Source: Candidatus Omnitrophota bacterium
GTDB lineage: Bacteria; Omnitrophota; Gorgyraeia; Duberdicusellales; 4484-171
DNA: 64,000 bases
Direction of reading: 5' to 3'
NCBI GenBank assembly: GCA_043815185.1
Contig: JBDRJF010000005.1
Location: 3,407-67,406, forward strand
In this document: piece by piece, positions 58,050 to 64,000 of the stretch
Position numbering within the stretch: position 1 is the first letter of the stretch
Layout: each line of letters begins with the position of its first letter
Position numbers and translations under genes: made by a program
The notes under the pieces: model-generated
What the model saw: the letters and a program-made list of their open reading frames with translations, nothing else
Database searches by the model: none
What the model was told of the DNA's origin: nothing

Positions 58050-58745
58050 TTACTTTAAATTAGATAATATCTTTTTACCTATTTTTCTAAAACTTTTATG
58101 TAATCTATCTGTGTCTTTAGTCCCAGGCAAACTTCCTGAAGACTTCTGGCCGCTGATTGCCTCGATTATCTTAGGGTTATCTTTGAGAATTATATTGCTT
58201 GTTTTACCCTTTAAATTATTAAATACAATTCCGGCTATTTTCAGCTTTCTGGCCTTAAGGGCTTCTATGGTCAAAAGGGTATGGTTAATCGCTCCTAATT
58301 TATTACCAACTACAACTAATACTGAAAGGTTTAGCTCCTTAGCTACATCGATTACTAATTTCCGCTTATTCAAAGGAACTAAGGCTCCGCCTACTCCCTC
58401 AACTACTACAAAGTCAAAAGCTTTTTCCAAAAACTTAAAGTTCTTCTTTATCCTTTCTATACTTATCTTTCTCTTCTCTAGGCTTGAAGCCAGATGCGGA
58501 GAAGAGGGAAATTTAAAGCGATAAGGAGAAATATTGGCCAGATAATTCTTTAACTCTTGTTTTTTCTTATTGAGTAACTTTAGATGCAGGCTGACATCTT
58601 TGGAAAACCCTACAGAACCGGCCTCAACCCACTTCTGAGTTATAACTTTATAGCCCTGATCAGCTAAGAACTTGGCTAATAACCCGGTTACGATGGTCTT
58701 CCCTACTCCGGTATCGGTCCCAATAACAAAAATCCCACTCATCAT
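58050..58745 (-). CDS. bioD: Dethiobiotin synthetase
   Basis: 231 aa. FVIGTDTGVGKT P-loop; VVEGVGG. Confidence 0.85.
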   Translation of the reverse strand: MMSGIFVIGTDTGVGKTIVTGLLAKFLADQGYKVITQKWVEAGSVGFSKDVSLHLKLLNKKKQELKNYLANISPYRFKFPSSPHLASSLEKRKISIERIKKNFKFLEKAFDFVVVEGVGGALVPLNKRKLVIDVAKELNLSVLVVVGNKLGAINHTLLTIEALKARKLKIAGIVFNNLKGKTSNIILKDNPKIIEAISGQKSSGSLPGTKDTDRLHKSFRKIGKKILSNLK

Positions 58746-58760
58746 TTACCTACAATAGTG

Positions 58761-58783
58761 CGGTTGAGGCTTAGCCTCAACCG
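58761..58783. repeat. REP palindrome copy 6 (centre T orientation)
   Basis: CGGTTGAGGCTTAGCCTCAACCG in the bioC-bioD spacer, 41 kb from the other copies. Confidence 0.9.
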
Positions 58784-58792
58784 GCTTCAGAC

Positions 58793-59626
58793 CTATTTAG
58801 TACCTCGGCAAAAGAAAATTTGATAGGTAGCCACTATATTTTTTCGGCCTGAGTCTTCAGTCAAAGGCTGACCAGCCTCTGGTTGGGACCAGCCTTTGGC
58901 TGGGGCGGGAAACTTCTTCTTATAAATCTCTTCTATTGAAGCTACCTTCTGGGGAGTCCAGAAAATTTCCCCTTTTAAGCCATCACCTCTTGTCCCGGTA
59001 CATCTTAGGTTCTCTAATAGCTCTAGCAATGAGTTATAATTCTGATTATAAACCTCTTCTTTTACTTCAACCTCACTAAAAATAGCTTTTAATATCCCCT
59101 CTAATTTTTCCTTGCCCAAAAAATTACTGGCAGTTATCGCAAGAGGCTTACCGAGAAACTCTTCCAGGCAACTATGCAACTGGGAAAAAGTCTCAGGCCC
59201 AAAGGTAGAGAATAAAATAAAACCTCCTCTTTTAAGGGCTTGCTTGTATCTTATTAAGTCTGATTTCAAATCCTGAAACCACTGGAAACTAGCATTAGAA
59301 CTTATAAGATCAAACTCTTCTTCCAGGTTAAGGCTTTCAGCATCAGCAACAATGAATTCTATCCTCTCATCCCCGAGCTTTTCCTTGGCAACTTCAATCA
59401 TCTTGGCTGATATATCTACAGCTTTTATCTTCGCTTTTGGAAATTTATCTCTGAGAAGCTTGGTATAATTTCCGGTTCCGCAGCCAATATCTAAAATATT
59501 ATTATATCGATTACTATCAATTTCATTAATAAGCCGAGAAGCACAAAGGTTCTGAACCCTTGAATGCTGATCATAATCCCGGGCATGTTTTGAGAAGTTT
59601 TCTTCGATTATTCTTTTATCGATCAT
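58793..59626 (-). CDS. bioC: Malonyl-ACP O-methyltransferase
   Basis: 277 aa. SAM motif ILDIGCGTGNYT; position in the bio operon. The C-terminal region carries an extra ~20 aa, PAPAKGWSQPEAGQPLTEDSGR (see repeat 58842-58908). Confidence 0.8.
   Translation of the reverse strand: MIDKRIIEENFSKHARDYDQHSRVQNLCASRLINEIDSNRYNNILDIGCGTGNYTKLLRDKFPKAKIKAVDISAKMIEVAKEKLGDERIEFIVADAESLNLEEEFDLISSNASFQWFQDLKSDLIRYKQALKRGGFILFSTFGPETFSQLHSCLEEFLGKPLAITASNFLGKEKLEGILKAIFSEVEVKEEVYNQNYNSLLELLENLRCTGTRGDGLKGEIFWTPQKVASIEEIYKKKFPAPAKGWSQPEAGQPLTEDSGRKNIVATYQIFFCRGTK
58842..58908 (-). repeat. GC-rich palindromic in-frame insertion, long member of an RPE-like family
   Basis: Minus strand CCGCCCCAGCC-aaaggctggtcccaaccagaggctggtcagcctttgactgaagac-TCAGGCCGAAA. 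Internal 9-bp stem caaaggctg/cagcctttg with a nested accag/ctggt. Same end 11-mers as 26047-26080. Confidence 0.6.
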
Positions 59627-60303
59627 AGATACCTGCCTAAATCAGCTTCTAAAAAAGGAATGTGGCCGGAATCTTTAATAGTTATTAACTCAGCATTCGG
59701 GATAGCTTGTTGAACTTCTCTAGCCTCATCAATAGGTGCTATTCGGTCTTTCTCTCCGTGGATAATCTTTATTCTTTCTATCCCGGATAACTCTTGAGTA
59801 TTTATCTGAGCCTTTTCTAAAAAATCTAAAGTCTTGAGTAAATATTCTAAATCGAACTTCTCACAGTAAGTTTTAAGTAAGTTTTTCTTAAACCAACTTA
59901 AGCTCTCTTGCCTAGAGAAACACTGCCCATAGAATTTATAAAGATAACCTCGCCGGCTCTTTTTAAGAAGTTCTTTAATTTCAGCTATCTCCTCTTGTTG
60001 GTATTTTATTCTGATACTTACTAAGATTAGCTCTTCAATTAAATCAGGATACTTGGTGGCAAATTCAACGGCCAGGAATCCACCCAAAGACCAGCCCAAT
60101 AAAGAAATCTTCTCTATCCCTCGCTCTTGCAAAGTATTAAGAATGCTATTCTCAAAGGTAAAAGGAGAAAAATCAAGAGGCAACAGATAATTAAATTTCA
60201 GATTTAATGAGTCGAAAATCCTGTAGTCAGTAGCCCAGCCCGGGATAAGCACCATAGTTTTCTGCTGGCCTCGGTCTAAATATTTAAAAATTGGCTTTGA
60301 CAT
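59623..60303 (-). CDS. bioH: Pimeloyl-ACP methyl ester esterase (BioH-like alpha/beta hydrolase)
   Basis: 226 aa. Nucleophile elbow LLGWSLGG, C-terminal GHIPF; between bioF and bioC. Confidence 0.7.
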   Translation of the reverse strand: MSKPIFKYLDRGQQKTMVLIPGWATDYRIFDSLNLKFNYLLPLDFSPFTFENSILNTLQERGIEKISLLGWSLGGFLAVEFATKYPDLIEELILVSIRIKYQQEEIAEIKELLKKSRRGYLYKFYGQCFSRQESLSWFKKNLLKTYCEKFDLEYLLKTLDFLEKAQINTQELSGIERIKIIHGEKDRIAPIDEAREVQQAIPNAELITIKDSGHIPFLEADLGRYL

Positions 60304-61436
60304 AAGTCTTTAATCAGTCTTTCTAATACTTCTTTTGAGTGATGATAGGTTAATGAAAACCTTAACCGGGATTCTCCTGTTGGCACAGTAGGCGGCCGTA
60401 TCGGAAAAACCCAGTAACCTTTTTTCTGCAACTCTTGGCTGATCTTAATTACTTTCTGGTTATCGGAAACAATCAACGGCACTATCTGAGATGAACCTCT
60501 TATTTTGAATCCTGCTTCTTTTAAATTCTTGCGAAAATAATCCGCATTACTGATCAGGTCTCTTCTGCGCTGCGGCTCCTCTTCTACTAATTCTAAGCTA
60601 GCGAGATTAGCAGCGATTACTGCCGGCGGAAGAGCTGTAGAATAGATAAAACTTCTGGCGGTATTTATTAAGTAATCAACTAAACTTTTCGAACCAGAAA
60701 CATAACCGCCAAAACTTCCTAAAGCTTTGCTAAAAGTGCCCATTATTAAGTCTATTTTCTTAACCACCCCTGCTTCTTCAACTACACCAGCCCCACTCTT
60801 ACCGAATATACCGGTAGCATGGGCCTCATCGACCATTAATTTACAATTGTATTTTTCTTTCAAGCTAACTAATTCTCCTAATGCCGGCTTATCGCCATCC
60901 ATACTAAATACACTCTCAGTTATTATTAAGGCTTCTTGGAACTTATGTCTCTGCTCTTTTAATAATTGCTCTAAGTGATTCGAATCGTTATGTGAGAAAC
61001 GGAAAAACTTTGCCCCTGATAAAATTATCCCGTCAATTATGCTGGCATGACTTAGCTTATCGGAGAAGATAACATCGCCTCTCTGACAGAGAGCACTAAT
61101 TATGCCAAGATTAGCCTGATAACCAGAGTTAAAGATTAAGGCTCTTTCTTTACCTTTAAAATCAGCTGTTTCCTCTTCTAAGCGATGGTAAATATCTAGA
61201 TCTCCGCTCAGGAGCCGGGAAGCTGATGAACCTACACCTAATTTATCTACTACCTCTTTTGCGGCTTGTTTTAGCTTAGGATGAGTTGAAAAACCTAAGT
61301 AATCATTAGAAGATAAATCAATGTATTCTCTACCTTTGAAAAGCCTTAGGCCCTGGCCCCGGGAAGTTGCCGGCTTCAGGACTCTTAGCAGATTATCTTG
61401 TTGTCTTTTCTTTAAGAATTCTTCTATCCGTCCCAT
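60276..61436 (-). CDS. bioF: 8-amino-7-oxononanoate synthase
   Basis: 386 aa. SSNDYLG, MVDEAHATG, GTFSKALG (PLP lysine). Confidence 0.9.
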   Translation of the reverse strand: MGRIEEFLKKRQQDNLLRVLKPATSRGQGLRLFKGREYIDLSSNDYLGFSTHPKLKQAAKEVVDKLGVGSSASRLLSGDLDIYHRLEEETADFKGKERALIFNSGYQANLGIISALCQRGDVIFSDKLSHASIIDGIILSGAKFFRFSHNDSNHLEQLLKEQRHKFQEALIITESVFSMDGDKPALGELVSLKEKYNCKLMVDEAHATGIFGKSGAGVVEEAGVVKKIDLIMGTFSKALGSFGGYVSGSKSLVDYLINTARSFIYSTALPPAVIAANLASLELVEEEPQRRRDLISNADYFRKNLKEAGFKIRGSSQIVPLIVSDNQKVIKISQELQKKGYWVFPIRPPTVPTGESRLRFSLTYHHSKEVLERLIKDLCQSQFLNI

Positions 61437-62341
61437 ATTTTTTTTACTTCTTCTATAAGCCTATAGTCAGCCTCAAGTTCTCTTCCCTTAATAGTTAAGT
61501 AACCACCAATAAGCATTCCATTAGCTCCAGCCATAAAACCTAGGCCCTGGAAATCCCCTAAAGCGCTCTCTCTTCCGGCTGCTATCTTTATCGGTTTATC
61601 TTTTAAAATTACTCTAAAAATAGCTAAAGTTCTGATAACATCATTACAGGAAATTGGCTTCAAATTCTCCAGGGAAGTTCCTTTTATCGGAACCAGAATA
61701 TTTATCGGCACTGAATCCACATCTAACTCTTTTAAAGTATAAGCCATATCAATTCTATCCTGCCAGGTCTCACCCATCCCGATTATTCCGCCGCTACAGA
61801 CCTCCAGGCCAACGGCTTTGGCAGCTTTTATTGTATCAACTCTCTGGCCAAAATCATGGGTTGAGACAATTTGTTGGTAAAACCGCCGAGAAGTTTCAAT
61901 ATTATGATGATAACGAGTCAGGCCGGCTGCTTTTAATCTCTTAAGCTCCTTCTCGCTTAAGGCTCCTAAAGAAGCACAGACAACAATACCGACTTCTTTT
62001 CTTATTGAAAAGATTGCTAAAATTATTTCCTCTAACTCTTTAGCCGCTAAACAGTTTCCGCTGGTTACAATACCAAACTTCTCAGCTCCAGTATCCTTTG
62101 CCTTCTTAGCAGCTTTTAGAATTTCTTGTTTTTTCTTCAATGGATAGGTTGATATATCAGCGGAGTGATGGGTTGACTGGGCGCAGAACTTACAATCTTG
62201 GCCGCAATAACCGGATTTAGCATTTATAATGCTGCATAATTCAAACTTGGAACCTAAATAATCTTTTCGAGTCTTATTGGCTAAAGCGAGTAACTCCGGC
62301 AAAGGTAGGCTTAGTAAAAAATTTATGTTTTGGCTGTTCAT
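61424..62341 (-). CDS. bioB: Biotin synthase (radical SAM)
   Basis: CGQDCKFCAQS cluster motif. Probable start is ATG 62341 (MNSQNINFLLSLPLPELLALA) with GAGGT 11 nt upstream; the track start 62410 adds 23 unlikely residues. Confidence 0.9.
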   Translation of the reverse strand: MNSQNINFLLSLPLPELLALANKTRKDYLGSKFELCSIINAKSGYCGQDCKFCAQSTHHSADISTYPLKKKQEILKAAKKAKDTGAEKFGIVTSGNCLAAKELEEIILAIFSIRKEVGIVVCASLGALSEKELKRLKAAGLTRYHHNIETSRRFYQQIVSTHDFGQRVDTIKAAKAVGLEVCSGGIIGMGETWQDRIDMAYTLKELDVDSVPINILVPIKGTSLENLKPISCNDVIRTLAIFRVILKDKPIKIAAGRESALGDFQGLGFMAGANGMLIGGYLTIKGRELEADYRLIEEVKKIWDG

Positions 62342-62442
62342 ATTGACATTTACCTCTATTGTCATCCATTTTAGCACTAAAGGTTTACAATTACAACCCC
62401 GCTTGCACACCCGGTGTGTAGGTATTGGTTGGGACTTAATTT

Positions 62443-63435
62443 TTAACGGGAAGATTGGTTTAGATTTAACTTTGTGACGTCGCCGGCCGATATTTTTTCG
62501 ATCAGCCCCGAGTCCTGGCGCAGGAGTAAGTACCCTTTCTCATCTATTCCAACAGCTTCACCTTCTATCCGTTGGTTAAAGACCTTTACTTTTACCCGCT
62601 GGCCCCAGAGAAAACAAAATTGACCCCACTCTTTAAGCAAGTTAGAAAAGCCTTCGCGTTGGGCCTGGCGGTAACAAGCTTCTATCTCTTCAAGTATTCT
62701 TTTGGCAATCTCTACTCGTGACACTTTTTTCTTTAAATTCAAGAATAAAGAAGTGGCCTGAGAAGGTAAATCTTTAGAGTTAACATTAATACCTATCCCG
62801 GCTACTACAAAGTGAATTCTATCCATCTCAGCATTCATCTCAGAGAGTATTCCGCCTAATTTTTTCCCTTTAAGATAAATATCATTAGGCCATTTTACTG
62901 AACATTCTACACCAGTTGCTTTTTTTATACCGCGCAGACAACCCAAAACAATAAGCAGAGTGATTTGAGGAACCTCTTGAATAAGAAGAAATTGAGGCTT
63001 GAGGAGTAAAGAAAAATAAATACCTCCTCGTGGAGAAATCCATTGCCTCTGGATACGGCCTCTTCCTTTTTTCTGGGTTTCAGCAAATACTACTGTACCC
63101 TCAGGCGCTCCTTCCAACCCTAATTGCCAGGCCAGGTCCTGGGTGGAATCTATTACCTCCTGATATTGAATCTCTTTGCCGATAAAACCGGTATTTAAAT
63201 TATGTTGAACTTCCCAAGGATAAAATTTATCAGGGCAAGATTCAAGCTTATAGCCTAGATGAGGAACAGCTACAATCTCATATCCTTTATCACTAAGTTT
63301 GCCGATATGTTTCCATAAGGCCTGGCGGCTAATCTTTAGCTTACTGGCTAGCTCTTCTCCGGAAGTATAGCCCTGATTATCCTTTAACTCCTCAAGAATT
63401 ATATAATCTAAATCCTTGTCCAGCTTTGTCATCAT
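62443..63435 (-). CDS. birA: Bifunctional biotin-[acetyl-CoA-carboxylase] ligase / biotin operon repressor
   Basis: 330 aa. N-terminal winged HTH (TSGEELASKLKISRQALWKHIGKL), GRGRIQRQW biotin-binding loop, KWPNDI. Confidence 0.9.
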   Translation of the reverse strand: MMTKLDKDLDYIILEELKDNQGYTSGEELASKLKISRQALWKHIGKLSDKGYEIVAVPHLGYKLESCPDKFYPWEVQHNLNTGFIGKEIQYQEVIDSTQDLAWQLGLEGAPEGTVVFAETQKKGRGRIQRQWISPRGGIYFSLLLKPQFLLIQEVPQITLLIVLGCLRGIKKATGVECSVKWPNDIYLKGKKLGGILSEMNAEMDRIHFVVAGIGINVNSKDLPSQATSLFLNLKKKVSRVEIAKRILEEIEACYRQAQREGFSNLLKEWGQFCFLWGQRVKVKVFNQRIEGEAVGIDEKGYLLLRQDSGLIEKISAGDVTKLNLNQSSR

Positions 63436-63465
63436 AATTAGTACCTATAGTATTTTAAGAATTAT

Positions 63466-64000
63466 TTAAGCTTTCTTAGTTGCTTGGGTTTTTAACTTTC
63501 TTTCTTTAGCCCAGCAATAGAGAACCGGGACCAAGATAAGATTAGACAGAGTGGCTGTAATCAGGCCGCCTACTGTAGGTGCTGCCATTGGCTTCATAAA
63601 CTCAGAGCCGGTTCCTTTTGAAAGCATCACTGGCAGGAGAGCAAGGATTGTAGTCGCAGTAGTCATAATCGCCGGCCGTACTCTTAACAGCCCAGCCTCT
63701 ATAGCTGTTTCCCTTATTGCTTCAATAGTCTTAGGCACTTTTCTTCTAAATAAATCATCTAAAGCCGAGAGTAAAACCACACCGTTATCAGTAGCCACTC
63801 CAAACAAAGCAATAAACCCTACCCATACTGCAGTAGAAAAGTTAAAACCTAAGAAAAATAATAATATGACACCTCCCATAAGTGCTACTGGTAACCCGGT
63901 TAAAAGAATTAATAAAGAAGTCATATTTTTAAATGCTATATAGAGAATAATAACAATAAGAGCTAAACAAATTATCAAAGAGGGAATTAGTCTCCGGCGC
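63466..64000 (-). CDS. C-terminal part of an RND-family efflux permease (5' end outside window)
   Basis: The frame stays open from 63978 to the window edge (the track start is an internal TTG). TM-rich VWVGFIALFGVATDNGVVL...RPAIMTTATTILALLPV is typical of AcrB/CzcA C-terminal TM helices. Confidence 0.75.
   Translation of the reverse strand, partial: RRRLIPSLIICLALIVIILYIAFKNMTSLLILLTGLPVALMGGVILLFFLGFNFSTAVWVGFIALFGVATDNGVVLLSALDDLFRRKVPKTIEAIRETAIEAGLLRVRPAIMTTATTILALLPVMLSKGTGSEFMKPMAAPTVGGLITATLSNLILVPVLYCWAKERKLKTQATKKA

Noticed and set aside
62342-62442. Possible BirA operator: TTGTAAACC (minus strand, 62382-62390) equals an E. coli-type bioO half-site in the birA-bioB spacer
   Set aside because: I could not find the inverted partner GGTTTACAA at the expected 14-16-nt spacing. 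The nearest candidate, GGTAAATGTCAA, is not complementary. With a half-site only, no operator call is made.
1-64000. Scan for tRNA, rRNA, tmRNA, RNase P RNA and CRISPR arrays
   Set aside because: No GTTCGAATC-type T-arm motifs, rRNA-like conserved blocks or regular repeat-spacer arrays were seen by eye. A covariance-model scan is needed to be definitive.

Overview
AT-rich, very gene-dense bacterial chromosomal window with about 62 protein genes, all but four on the minus strand. I found no rRNA, tRNA or CRISPR array by eye, so the organism cannot be placed from this window; it looks like an uncultivated lineage. The left third (1-24945) is dominated by a divergent, split Tad/Flp-type pilus locus. 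Its machinery module (17129-24945) encodes a lipoprotein PPIase, CpaB, a secretin fused to a TonB_C-like domain, a CpaE-like::CpaF fusion ATPase, a second CpaF, and an ECF sigma with a ZAS anti-sigma. Its fibre/platform module (2609-10870) encodes five tandem Flp-like pilin genes, three of which (51-59 aa) are absent from the ORF track. It also encodes four larger TadE/TadG-like proteins, including a 21-Cys one and one fused to an HExxH metalloprotease-like domain, then TadB and TadC. Two secreted proteins follow, including an open-ended repeat-protein ORF (1-1136) that the track missed. The two modules are separated by about 6 kb carrying spoVG, a REP-flanked RAYT (IS200-like HUH transposase), dprA-comM-yraN and a 480-aa HTH protein. 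One 23-25 bp perfect palindrome (REP) recurs seven times in the window. The rest is housekeeping: CNNM/CorC x2, AmmeMemoRadiSam, PduO, folE, mnmE, folC, purH, EF-G-like, queA, GGDEF, smc, etfAB, purC, pckG, otsAB, fur-feoB-dtxR, birA-bioBFHCD..A and an RND fragment. Oddities there include a 556-aa LAGLIDADG intein in the SMC P-loop and a protein-only RNase P (HARP) gene. Two unrelated genes carry GC-rich in-frame insertions with shared ends (RPE-like). An ~860-bp nucleotidyltransferase cassette sits between bioD and bioA, flanked by a duplicated bioA 5' end. There are also several long AT-rich intergenic palindromes, and the three plus-strand transcription units have leaderless-type promoters. 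All functional calls rest on motif recognition by eye; no database search was run.
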